Made by a program: the position numbers and the translations under genes. Shown here piece by piece: positions 18,807-28,060 of a stretch of DNA of 64,000 bases. The notes under the pieces were generated by a model, which did no database searches, had not been told where the DNA came from, and saw nothing but the letters and a program-made list of their open reading frames with translations. Numbering within the stretch: the first letter of the stretch is position 1; every line of letters starts with the position of its first letter. The stretch is taken from contig JBHYGA010000006.1 in assembly GCA_051859245.1 (NCBI GenBank), positions 251,591 through 315,590 of the forward strand, given 5' to 3'. The stretch comes from Gemmatimonadaceae bacterium. Its GTDB lineage: Bacteria > Gemmatimonadota > Gemmatimonadetes > Gemmatimonadales > Gemmatimonadaceae.

Positions 18807-20954
18807 TTAGAACTCCGCAAAAATGTCGGTGTCATCGTCAAACGGAATCACGTCGGCGGCATCAGTAGCGCTTGATGTCGTGGCGTGTGCTGCAGCCGCA
18901 GCACGCGGCTTCCGGGTTGTCGCAGCGGCCGCCGGCGAGGCGGCGCGAGCCGTCCGACGTGCGGGTGCAGCCGGCTTCGTCGCCGCTGCAGGTACGTCGG
19001 GGCGCGTACGCGTGGCGCTGCCATTGCGGGCAGTGGACGCGTCCACGGTGAACTGCGACGCCATGTCGTGCATCTCGCCGGCCTGCGCCTGCAACTCGGC
19101 CGCGGCACTCGCCGATTCTTCGGCGTTGGCCGCAACGCGCTGTGTCAGCTGCGCGATCTGCGAAATCGCCGACGTGACTTCCTGCAGTTCCTGCTCCTGC
19201 TCACGTGCACCATCGGCAATGTTGGCCATCATGGTGCTCGCGCGTTCCACACCCGTGCGAATCTCCTCAAGACGACGGCGTACACCATCGTTGAGCTTCA
19301 CACCGGTTTCCGTCTTCTGCACCGACTCTTCAATGAGCGCTGCCGTGTTGCGTGCGGCTTCGGCCGCACGAATCGCGAGGCTGCGCACTTCGTCGGCCAC
19401 CACTGCGAAACCCTTGCCGGCGTCACCAGCACGTGCTGCTTCGACAGCGGCGTTCAGCGCCAGCAGGTTCGTCTGGAACGCGATTTCGTCAATCGTCTTC
19501 ACGATCTTGGCCGTTGAGTCGGCCGACTTCTTGATGTCGGTCACCGCTTCGGCCAGCGCCTGCATGCGTTCCACACCCTGCACGGTATCCGTGCGTGCAC
19601 GCTCCATGGCAGCACGCGCTTCGTGTGCATCTGCGGCACTCGCCTTGGTGCGTTCACCAACAATCGCGAGACGGTTCGACACCTGATCAATCGAGCCGGC
19701 CTGATCCGAGGCGCCGCTCGCGAGGTCCTGACTGCCAGAGCCAATCTCGGTCGCGGCCGCATTCACTTGCGCCACCGCCGATGTGAGCGAAGCAAACGCT
19801 TCACCAATCTTGGCGAGCGCGGCGTTGAGCGAGTTCTTGATGACCGCGTGATCACCCTTGTAGTCGCCCTGCATGCGCACCGTGAGGTCACGCTCCGCCA
19901 CGCGCTCCAGCACAGAGCGCGCTTCGTCGATCGGTGCGTTCACGGCGTCAAGCATGGCGCCCGTGCCAGTGAGTACTTCGGCATACGCGCCTTCAACGCC
20001 ATTCGCCGAGGGACGCTTGGCCAGATCGCCAGACTGCACGGCGCTGATCGTGGTGCTGATTTCTCCAACCACGGTGCGCAGCGCGTCTGAAACACGATTC
20101 ACGTTGCGTGACAGCACATCGTGCTCTGAACGCGGCGTCACACTGGCAGCGTTCAGGTCACCCATGGCCAGACGATCTGCCGAGTGCGCGATGTCACCGA
20201 TGTACGACACCATATTGCGGAACGCGTCGGCAAGCGCGCCGATTTCGTCTTTCGACGTGACATCAATGCGCTGCTCAATGCGTCCACTCGCAATTTCCGT
20301 CGCCGCATTCGACAGCTCCCGAAGCGCGCCGAGAATGCTGCGCAGCGTGCCCGCGGCAATCACGGCCAACACCGCGAGTGCAATCACGAGTACAGCGGCG
20401 GATCCATACAGCGCAGTGCTTTGCATGCCGCGCGCCGTTTCAAAGGCGGCGGCGATGCGCTCTTCTTCGGCCACACGACGACTCGCGAGCGTGGCGGCCA
20501 GATCACTGTACTGCGAGCGCATGGCCTGCATGCCCGAAACCAGATCGAGCTCCATGTTACCGGAGATCATGCCAAGGCTGGTTTCGCGCGCGACTTTCGC
20601 ATACGCCGTAAAGACGGCGGTGACGCTATCGATGCCGGCCTGTTCCACCAGGTCGTTGGCGCTCAGCGTGTCGGCGAGCGCGGCGAACTGCGTCACGAGT
20701 GAGTCGGCGCCCGTTGCGGCAGCTTCATCACTCGCACCGACTGCATCGCGTAACGCGCGCTGATAGTTCTCAAGCGAGCGCTCCAAACGCTGACTCACTT
20801 GCAACGCGGGCGAGTAGCCGGTCTGAATGCGGCGCTGTTCCGCCTGCGCGGAGAGGCCGAGTGTCACGACGACACCCAACGTCAGCACGAAGCCAACGGC
20901 GGCGACAACGGGCAGAGCAAGAATCTTGGCGCGGAGAGTCAGATTGCGAAACAT
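18807..20954 (-). CDS. Transmembrane methyl-accepting chemotaxis protein with multiple HAMP domains and C-terminal pentapeptide
   Basis: Two TMs; HAMPs ([25 protein letters not shown]); [23 protein letters not shown]; tail IFAEF; start ATG 20954. Confidence 0.93.
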   Translation of the reverse strand: MFRNLTLRAKILALPVVAAVGFVLTLGVVVTLGLSAQAEQRRIQTGYSPALQVSQRLERSLENYQRALRDAVGASDEAAATGADSLVTQFAALADTLSANDLVEQAGIDSVTAVFTAYAKVARETSLGMISGNMELDLVSGMQAMRSQYSDLAATLASRRVAEEERIAAAFETARGMQSTALYGSAAVLVIALAVLAVIAAGTLRSILGALRELSNAATEIASGRIEQRIDVTSKDEIGALADAFRNMVSYIGDIAHSADRLAMGDLNAASVTPRSEHDVLSRNVNRVSDALRTVVGEISTTISAVQSGDLAKRPSANGVEGAYAEVLTGTGAMLDAVNAPIDEARSVLERVAERDLTVRMQGDYKGDHAVIKNSLNAALAKIGEAFASLTSAVAQVNAAATEIGSGSQDLASGASDQAGSIDQVSNRLAIVGERTKASAADAHEARAAMERARTDTVQGVERMQALAEAVTDIKKSADSTAKIVKTIDEIAFQTNLLALNAAVEAARAGDAGKGFAVVADEVRSLAIRAAEAARNTAALIEESVQKTETGVKLNDGVRRRLEEIRTGVERASTMMANIADGAREQEQELQEVTSAISQIAQLTQRVAANAEESASAAAELQAQAGEMHDMASQFTVDASTARNGSATRTRPDVPAAATKPAAPARRTARAASPAAAATTRKPRAAAAAHATTSSATDAADVIPFDDDTDIFAEF

Positions 20955-21030
20955 GCCGGATACGGGAGAGAGGGGAGCAAGGCACAGCGCAGCGGCCCCG
21001 ATGTGTGATCGGGCCCGCGTCCTCCTCTGG

Positions 21031-21057
21031 GTATCGGCGCGTGCCCGCGACTCTTTA
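21031..21057 (-). promoter_or_regulatory. Sigma28 (FliA) promoter of the MCP-porin-SBP operon
   Basis: Minus strand reads TAAA-N15-GCCGATAC (consensus TAAA-N15-GCCGATAA), ~77 bp upstream of the MCP ATG. Confidence 0.8.
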
Positions 21058-21097
21058 GCCGTTGCGCGAATTGCAGACGGGCTGTGCGCACGTCTGT

Positions 21098-21168
21098 GCG
21101 GTCGGGCGGTCGGGCGGGCGGTCGCACGAGCAGTCGCATGAGCAGTCGCACGAGCAATCGCGCGTGCC
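21098..21168. repeat. Short tandem repeats
   Basis: GCGGTCGG x2, then GTCGCA(C/T)GAGCA x3 plus a degenerate fourth unit. Confidence 0.85.
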
Positions 21169-21170
21169 AG

Positions 21171-21290
21171 GAGGTCGGGCGGGGACCGGTCCCTCGCGCA
21201 GACGGCCGGCCGGGCGCGCCGGGAGCGGGCGGGGCGCCCGCCCGGCGCTGGCCGACCGATAGCGCGCCGGACCGGCCCCCGTTCGACCTC
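21171..21290 (+). repeat. GC-rich hairpin repeat, copy A
   Basis: Core GCCGGCCGGGCGCGCCGGGAGCGGGCGGGGCGCCCGCCCGGCGCTGGCC enclosed by outer stem GAGGTCGGGCGGGGACCGGTCC/GGACCGGCCCCCGTTCGACCTC. Confidence 0.85.
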
Positions 21291-21404
21291 GGCTGGAGGC
21301 GCCACGCCGCACGCGAGAGAGTGGCGTCGCTGGGGCTTGCACAAGCCCCCAGCCCCAAGCAAAGCGTTGGCAGGGCCGAGCCGACCCCAGCCCGGCCCCA
21401 GACA

Positions 21405-22508
21405 TCAACGTCGCGGCCGATCGCTCCGAGGGTAGAGAAACGCTGACGGCTCGACGCGCGCGCCCCGCTCGTCGCACACCGCAAACGACGAACCCTCGTA
21501 GCACGAGACGCCCGCGTAGCGCCCGTCCTTGGTGACGGCGTAAAAGTCGAGATCAAAAAACGGTCGGCCGCGCGCGTCGAGCAGCCGCGATTCCGTCATC
21601 GCGATCACGCGCTCCACCACCTTGAGCAGCGCTTGCTCGGGCGACAGCCCCTGACGCATGAACTCGACCGCCAGGAACGCGCCGCACACCTTGATATTGG
21701 CTTCGCCTCGCCCCGTGGAGCCGGCCGCGCCCACGGTGTTGTCGCAATACTGGCCCGCGCCAATCACGGGCGAATCGCCCACGCGGCCAGGGACTTTCCA
21801 CGACATGCCACTCGTTGTGGTCACCGACGCGATATCACCGCTCGCCGTGACGGCGTTCATGTTGATCGTGCCGGTGTGGAACTTGATGTTCACGTTGCCG
21901 TCGTAGTCGAGCCACGCGTCGTTGGCGTTCAGTCGCGCGCGCCAGCGCAGCCAGTCCTGGCGACTCTTTTCGGTGAGCAGATTCTGCGGCGTGAATCCCA
22001 TTTCGAGCGCGAATCGCTTCGCGTGCGAACCAACCAAAAAGATGTGATCGGTGTAGTCCATTACCGCTTTTGCCACGAGCGACGGTGTGGCGATGTCCTC
22101 AATGCAGGCCACCGCGCCGGCCCGCCGCGTGGGGCCGTGCATGCATGATGCGTCGAGCTGCACCACGCCCTCGGCGTTGGGCAGGCCGCCCAGCCCCACG
22201 GACTGATCGTTCGGGTCGAGCTCCTGAATGTTGACGCCGGCGATAATCGCGTCGAGCGGATCGGTGCCCGAGACAATCTGATCGTAGGCCACCTTCACCC
22301 CCCGAATGCCGTTCGCCGAGCCCACCACGCAGGGACGAGCGCGCACGACCGCGGGCCCGGGCGACATGCGCAGCGACGGTTCCTCCGCCCCCAGAGCACG
22401 CGGGAGGAAGCCGGCGGCGGCCAACGCGGCCGCTGTTTCAAGGAAATCGCGACGATTCTGGGACACGGGCGGCGGGGTGGTGAGGAAAGAGGGTCGAGCG
22501 GTCGACAT
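21405..22508 (-). CDS. Tat-exported Ntn-hydrolase of the asparaginase-2 family (glycosylasparaginase/isoaspartyl peptidase)
   Basis: NRRDFL Tat motif; SVGLGGLP, QLDASCM, G-TINM (Thr nucleophile), TTSG, GRVGDSP, STGRGE motifs. Confidence 0.9.
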   Translation of the reverse strand: MSTARPSFLTTPPPVSQNRRDFLETAAALAAAGFLPRALGAEEPSLRMSPGPAVVRARPCVVGSANGIRGVKVAYDQIVSGTDPLDAIIAGVNIQELDPNDQSVGLGGLPNAEGVVQLDASCMHGPTRRAGAVACIEDIATPSLVAKAVMDYTDHIFLVGSHAKRFALEMGFTPQNLLTEKSRQDWLRWRARLNANDAWLDYDGNVNIKFHTGTINMNAVTASGDIASVTTTSGMSWKVPGRVGDSPVIGAGQYCDNTVGAAGSTGRGEANIKVCGAFLAVEFMRQGLSPEQALLKVVERVIAMTESRLLDARGRPFFDLDFYAVTKDGRYAGVSCYEGSSFAVCDERGARVEPSAFLYPRSDRPRR

Positions 22509-22730
22509 TACGATGTGATCCACGATGCGGGAAGGGCGCCGCGGATCAGCGCCCAATGTTCACCGTGCTGATTGCCGATCCGAGGTCAAATCGTCATACC
22601 ACTGGCACGGCGCCGCGCGGTTCGCCATCGATCAGGCTTGGCGCGCGTTACAGAGCGGCACCTACTCGACTTTCACCCGAAACGCCTTACGGGCTTTCGG
22701 TGACGCGCATTCTTCGATCATTCCGCACTC

Positions 22731-24599
22731 ATGTTGAGCCCTGCAGATATCGCTTCACGTCTCGAATCCGCCAGCTTTGTTTCCGGCTTTTCCGAGGCGT
22801 ATCTCTGGCGCCTCGCACGCGCCGTCAAGTCGCGCACGCTGGCGGTTGAAGAAACGCTGTTCGAGGAGGGCGACAAGCGCACGCTCTTTGCAATTCTGCT
22901 GAGCGGCTCCGTCGCGGTGGAAAAGGCGCACGAAGGACGCATCACGCGTCTGGCTACGCTTGGCCCGGGCGAAGCTGTGGGCGAAGGCATTTTTCTCGAC
23001 GACGAAGAGCACGGCACCACGGCCCGCGCGATCATGCCGGCCGAGTTGCTGGTGATGACGCGCAATGATCTCGACACGCTGATCCGCGAACATCCGCAGC
23101 TGTACGCCGCGCTGGTGAATCGCGCCGCGCGCACCATTTCTGGTCGACTGCGCGCCGCCGACGCCACACTCGTTGGTCGCGGCCGAGCGCTCGGTTTTGG
23201 CGGACATCGCACGCGCACTGAGAAGGATCTGCTCGGCGAACGCGAAGTACCGTTCGAAGCGCTCTATGGCGTGCAGACGTTGCGCGCGCTTGAAAACTTC
23301 CCGATCACGGGCATTCCCATTCGCGAAATGCCGGAACTGATTGACGGACTCGCCGCGGTCAAGGAAGCGGCCGCGCACGCCAATCATGAACTCGGTTTGC
23401 TGCCCACAGAGATCTACGAACCGATTGTGAAGGCCGCGCGTGAAATTCGTGCCGGCCGTCATCATGAACAGTTTCTGGTTGACGTCATTCAGGGTGGTGC
23501 AGGCACGTCCACCAACATGAACGCCAATGAGGTGATTGCGAATCGTGCGCTTGAACTCACGAATCGCCAGCGCGGTGACTACCACGCAATCTCGCCGAAC
23601 AGTCATGTCAACCTGAGTCAGTCCACCAACGACGTGTATCCAACGGCCGTCAAGCTCGGCATGTACACGTCGATGGGCGAATACCAGAAAGAACTCTCGC
23701 TGCTCGCCGACGCGTTTCTGGCCAAGGGCAAAGAGTTTGCGCCGTACATCAAGATGGGGCGCACGCAAATGCAGGACGCGGTACCGATGACACTCGGACA
23801 GGAGTTCACCGCGTACGGCAATACGCTCAAGGAAGATGTCGATCGCATTCACGAAGCGCGTCAACTGATTCGTGAAATCAATCTTGGTGCAACTGCGATT
23901 GGTACGGGTATCACGGCGAGTCCTGAATACACCGCGTCGGTGTGTCGTCACCTGAGTGAAATCACGGGCATCAGTCTCATTACGGCGCCCGACCTGGTCG
24001 AGGCAACGAGTGATACCGGCGCGTTTGTTCAGCTCTCCGGCGTACTCAAGCGCACCGCGACCAAGTTGTCCAAGATCTGCAACGACCTTCGCCTGCTCTC
24101 ATCCGGACCACGCGCAGGTTTTGGTGAGATCAATCTGCCCGCCGTTCAGCCGGGTTCGTCGATCATGCCGGGCAAGGTGAATCCGGTCATTCCAGAAGTT
24201 GTAAATCAGGTCTGTTTTGATGTGATCGGCGCCGACGTCACAGTCACGCTCGCCGCCGAAGCCGGACAGCTGCAGCTCAACGCGTTCGAGCCGATCATCA
24301 CGTATCGCCTCATGCGTTCGCTGCTGTCACTGCGCAATGCGTGCATCACGTTGCGTGAACGCTGTGTGGTGGGCATCACCGCCAATCCGGATCGCATGCG
24401 GTACTTCGTTGAACATTCGGTTGGCATTGTCACGGCACTCGTGCCGATACTCGGCTATGAAGTCGCCACTGAGATTGCCAAATCGGCGTACGAAAATGAT
24501 CGGGGAGTGTTCGAGATTGTGCTTGAGCGTGGTCTGCTCACGCGCGAACAGCTCGATGACATTCTGAATCCTGCTTCCATGACCCGCACGAGTAGCTGA
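22731..24599 (+). CDS. aspA: Aspartate ammonia-lyase fused to an N-terminal cNMP-binding-like domain
   Basis: RTEKDLLG, YGVQTLRALENF, QGGAGTSTNMNANEV, GSSIMPGKVNPVIPE; first ~150 aa have the CAP_ED pattern LFEEGD...LLSGSV...LGPGEAVGE. Confidence 0.92.
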   Translation: MLSPADIASRLESASFVSGFSEAYLWRLARAVKSRTLAVEETLFEEGDKRTLFAILLSGSVAVEKAHEGRITRLATLGPGEAVGEGIFLDDEEHGTTARAIMPAELLVMTRNDLDTLIREHPQLYAALVNRAARTISGRLRAADATLVGRGRALGFGGHRTRTEKDLLGEREVPFEALYGVQTLRALENFPITGIPIREMPELIDGLAAVKEAAAHANHELGLLPTEIYEPIVKAAREIRAGRHHEQFLVDVIQGGAGTSTNMNANEVIANRALELTNRQRGDYHAISPNSHVNLSQSTNDVYPTAVKLGMYTSMGEYQKELSLLADAFLAKGKEFAPYIKMGRTQMQDAVPMTLGQEFTAYGNTLKEDVDRIHEARQLIREINLGATAIGTGITASPEYTASVCRHLSEITGISLITAPDLVEATSDTGAFVQLSGVLKRTATKLSKICNDLRLLSSGPRAGFGEINLPAVQPGSSIMPGKVNPVIPEVVNQVCFDVIGADVTVTLAAEAGQLQLNAFEPIITYRLMRSLLSLRNACITLRERCVVGITANPDRMRYFVEHSVGIVTALVPILGYEVATEIAKSAYENDRGVFEIVLERGLLTREQLDDILNPASMTRTSS

Positions 24600-24604
24600 T
24601 TTCT

Positions 24605-27600
24605 ATGTTGAAGTGTTTCCAGCGCCCCGCGCTGCGCGCGTCGTTTGCCTTGGTCGCGCTGCTCGGTTTCGCACAAGGTTGTGGTGGTGGCGGAGACGGT
24701 GAAGGCGGCACGGGCGTGCCCACACCGGTTCCCTCGTCGATCACGCTGTCGACGTCTGCGGTCACGATCAATGTGATTGACGGCACGAGCACGGCCTCCG
24801 CCGTTGTGCGCGATGCATCGGGGGCCACGATTCCGGGCGCCTCGGTGAGCTGGAGCAGTGACACGCCCGACGTGGCCAGTGTGGCCGCGAGCGGTGCGTC
24901 GGCAACGATCACGGCCCGCAATCGCGGCGTGGCGCTGATCACGGTGCGCAGCGGAACCGTTACGTCTAGTGTGACGGTGCTTGTGCGTACCGCGTTCGCG
25001 GTCACGGTGTCGCCGCCCGATGGGGCGATTCGTGTGGGCAATTCGCTGCCGCTGCTCGCCACGGTCAGCGCGGATGATGGCGCCGCCAGATCGGTGACGT
25101 GGACAAGCAGCGCCCCAACAATTGCGAGTGTGACGTCGCAAGGCGTTGTGACGGGTATTGCGGCTGGCACCGCCACCATCAGTGCTCGCAGCACCAGCGA
25201 TCCGCGCGTGACCGCATCGGCCACGATCACCGTCGCGCCGCCGCGCAGCATTGTGGTGACGCCATCCGAAAAGAACGTGGGTCGCAACGAATCCATTGCG
25301 CTGACGGCGCAGGTGTTTGTTGATCCCGGCATGTCGAGTGCCATCACGTGGCGCACCAACCGGCCGCTTATTGCCACGGTCACACAGCAGGGTGTCGTGA
25401 CCGGCGTGACAGACGGCGACGCTACAATCACCGCCGTGTCGGTCGCGGATACCACACTGCGCGCATCGGCGCTGGTCCGGGTGCTGAATGTGGTGCGCAG
25501 CATTAGCCTGGCGCCTACGAGTGCGACACTGCAGGTTGGACAAACGCGTGAGTTTGCCGCAACGATCGTGGCCGACCAGGGCGTATCGAGAGCGCTTGCG
25601 TGGACATCGAGCAATCCCGCAGTCGCCACCGTGAATGCGCAGGGTGTCGCCACCGCGGTAGGCGTTGGCAACGCGGTCGTGCGTGCGCGTGCTGTTGCCG
25701 ATAGCACGCGCGAAGGCACAGCTACCATCAGCGTGGTTGCGCGTCCGGTTGAGCTCACACTGGCCACGCGTTCGGTTGGCTTGATCATTGGCGGCAGCAC
25801 CACCATTGCCACCACCGTGACTGGGGATCCTGGCATCTCCACGGCGGTTCGCTGGAGCAGTCGCAACAGTGCGGTTGCCACGGTGAACGATCAGGGCGCG
25901 GTGTCGGCCGTGAGCAGTGGCAACACGTATCTCGTTGCAGAAGCCGTTGCCGATATCACCAAACGCGACTCCGTGCGCGTGAACGTGGTGCCGCGTCTCG
26001 CGAATGCGTGGACTTCATCGCGTCTTGGTGGTCCACTCATTGAAGACATTGTGTCGATCTGGGCGCCGAGTGGCTCGCTGGCGTACGCCGTGAACTCACT
26101 GGGTGATGTGTTTCGCTGGAACGGTTCTGCGTGGGCGATTTCAGCGCGCGGTGCACAATTCAATACACTGTTCAGCGCAGTGCATGGTGCCACAGAGAAC
26201 GCGATTACCGCGGTAGGCTCAAACGGGGTGATTGTTCGTTTCGATGGAACGAACTGGACGGCCATGACCTCTGGTACCACAGCCGCACTCACGAATGTGT
26301 GGATGCAAAGCGCCGATACCGCATGGGCGGTTGGTGCGGCGGGCACCGCGCTGCGTTTCGTGAATGGTGCGTGGACGCAAAGCGCCACCAACACCACCGC
26401 GCGACTGCGAGCGGTCTCCGCGGCAGGCAACTCGGTATTTGCGGTAGGCGACGGTGGCACGATTCGCCGCTGGTTGTCGGGCAGCTGGCAACCGATTGAA
26501 TCTGGCACGTCCGAAGTGCTGCACGATGTGTGGGTATCTGCTGACGGTGGCAGCAACATCATTGTGGTTGGCGACTTCGGTACGATTCTGCGCTGGAACG
26601 GATCCGTCTTCCGCAGTGAAGCAAGCAGCACGAGCGGTTCACTGTTCAGCATTACGGGCAACGCGGCTGGTGTGCTCTTCGCAACCGGTGACGGTGTGGC
26701 GTTGCGCTTTACCAACGGTGTCTGGGTGGACCAGTCCGTGCCGTACCGCACGCGCTTTGGTTCGAACTGGATTGACGAATCGAGTCGACTGTGGGTTGGT
26801 GGTCAGCGCGGGTTGCTGATGACCACCACCGCGCCGAATGTGTGGTCAACACTCAGTCTCACACCCGACTTGCTCGACGTGTGGAGCTCGAGTGCAACGC
26901 ACGCGATCACCGTGGGTGAACTCGGTTTCATTTTCCATTACAACGGTGCCGAGTGGACGCGTCGCGTAGCACCGACACTTGAGCGATTGAACACCGTATG
27001 GGCGGCGTCCTCAACGCTGGCGTTTGCAGCCGGCGACAATGGTGTGCTGATCCGATGGAACGGTACTGCGTGGACGGAACAAGACTCACCAACCAGCGAT
27101 CACATTTACGCCATGTGGGGCGCATCACCGAATGCTGTGTGGGCGGTGAGTGACGGCGGCGAAATCCTGTTCTGGAACGGTACCGCGTGGACCGTTGCGC
27201 TGGCACAGTCGGAACCGCTGTACGGTATTCACGGCGACAGCGAACAAAGTGTGTACGCTGTGGGACTGTCGGGCACCGTGCTGTACTGGAACGGCAATAC
27301 GTGGAACCGTCGTGACGCGGGCACCAACAACGTACTGGTCGGCGTGTGGGGCGAAGACGCAACGCATGCGGTTGCGGTTGGCGCGCGCGACTTTTCATCA
27401 GGCGTCACGCTCCGCTACAACGGCACCTGGTCAGAAGTAAGCGTTGGCACGTCGCGCATTCTGAGTGCGGTGTGGGGAGTGGTGCCGTTCGATCTCTACG
27501 CCGTCGGGGATCTGGGCGCGATTGTTCGCTATAACGGTACAAGTTGGAGTACGATGACCTCGGGCACGACTGAGTTCCTGTGGGCGGTAACGGGCGCACC

Positions 27601-27808
27601 GGATGCATCGGGCGCCGGCTTCGCGGTCGGCCTCAACGGCGTGATGCTGCAGGCACAGCCATCGGCGTCTGCGAGTGTGTCGAACACGCGCGCCGGCGTG
27701 TTGCGCAACGCCCGTCAGAATCTCGCGCCAGCGCGAGGCGCGACGCGCACATCACGCGGCGCACTTCCGGCGGCTGCAGCACGCAAACGCGGAATGCGCC
27801 AGCGTTAA
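24605..27808 (+). CDS. Large surface lipoprotein: Big_2 Ig stalk plus Trp-rich beta-propeller repeats
   Basis: Lipobox AQGC; 5 Big_2 repeats; ~14 repeats of 'L..vW......awAvG..G.ilrwnG..W'. Confidence 0.85.
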   Translation: MLKCFQRPALRASFALVALLGFAQGCGGGGDGEGGTGVPTPVPSSITLSTSAVTINVIDGTSTASAVVRDASGATIPGASVSWSSDTPDVASVAASGASATITARNRGVALITVRSGTVTSSVTVLVRTAFAVTVSPPDGAIRVGNSLPLLATVSADDGAARSVTWTSSAPTIASVTSQGVVTGIAAGTATISARSTSDPRVTASATITVAPPRSIVVTPSEKNVGRNESIALTAQVFVDPGMSSAITWRTNRPLIATVTQQGVVTGVTDGDATITAVSVADTTLRASALVRVLNVVRSISLAPTSATLQVGQTREFAATIVADQGVSRALAWTSSNPAVATVNAQGVATAVGVGNAVVRARAVADSTREGTATISVVARPVELTLATRSVGLIIGGSTTIATTVTGDPGISTAVRWSSRNSAVATVNDQGAVSAVSSGNTYLVAEAVADITKRDSVRVNVVPRLANAWTSSRLGGPLIEDIVSIWAPSGSLAYAVNSLGDVFRWNGSAWAISARGAQFNTLFSAVHGATENAITAVGSNGVIVRFDGTNWTAMTSGTTAALTNVWMQSADTAWAVGAAGTALRFVNGAWTQSATNTTARLRAVSAAGNSVFAVGDGGTIRRWLSGSWQPIESGTSEVLHDVWVSADGGSNIIVVGDFGTILRWNGSVFRSEASSTSGSLFSITGNAAGVLFATGDGVALRFTNGVWVDQSVPYRTRFGSNWIDESSRLWVGGQRGLLMTTTAPNVWSTLSLTPDLLDVWSSSATHAITVGELGFIFHYNGAEWTRRVAPTLERLNTVWAASSTLAFAAGDNGVLIRWNGTAWTEQDSPTSDHIYAMWGASPNAVWAVSDGGEILFWNGTAWTVALAQSEPLYGIHGDSEQSVYAVGLSGTVLYWNGNTWNRRDAGTNNVLVGVWGEDATHAVAVGARDFSSGVTLRYNGTWSEVSVGTSRILSAVWGVVPFDLYAVGDLGAIVRYNGTSWSTMTSGTTEFLWAVTGAPDASGAGFAVGLNGVMLQAQPSASASVSNTRAGVLRNARQNLAPARGATRTSRGALPAAAARKRGMRQR

Positions 27809-27918
27809 CGCTGGCGGTGGGTGTGCCAGCCGTGCAGTTCAGAACTCGTGTTCATATTCGATCTCCGCTCCGCACCCAGCATCCCAGCGAGCCGCTACTC
27901 GCGCTTGCACCGCCGGTC

Positions 27919-28045
27919 GGCGCGGGGGCGCGGGCTGGGGGCGCGACGCGCTGTCGGTCGGCCAGCGCCGGGCGGGCAACGCCCGCTCCCGGCGCGCCCG
28001 GGCCGGCCGTGAGCGCGGAGTCCCCCCAGCCCGCGCCCCCGCGCC
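27919..28045 (-). repeat. GC-rich hairpin repeat, copy B
   Basis: Reverse-complement core enclosed by a perfect 23-bp inverted repeat (27919-27941/28023-28045); lies between convergent genes. Confidence 0.85.
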
Positions 28046-28060
28046 CACACCAAAGAGAGT

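Noticed and set aside
20955..21362. N-terminal extension of the 851 aa MCP ORF
   Set aside because: It runs through the hairpin repeat, tandem repeats and the sigma28 promoter, giving Arg/Pro/Ala-rich junk; the real start is the ATG at 20954 just before TM1.
22755..25881. Long antisense ORFs (22755-23951, 24455-25543, 24538-25881 and many similar ones elsewhere)
   Set aside because: Stop-poor shadows of high-GC genes with clear homology on the opposite strand.
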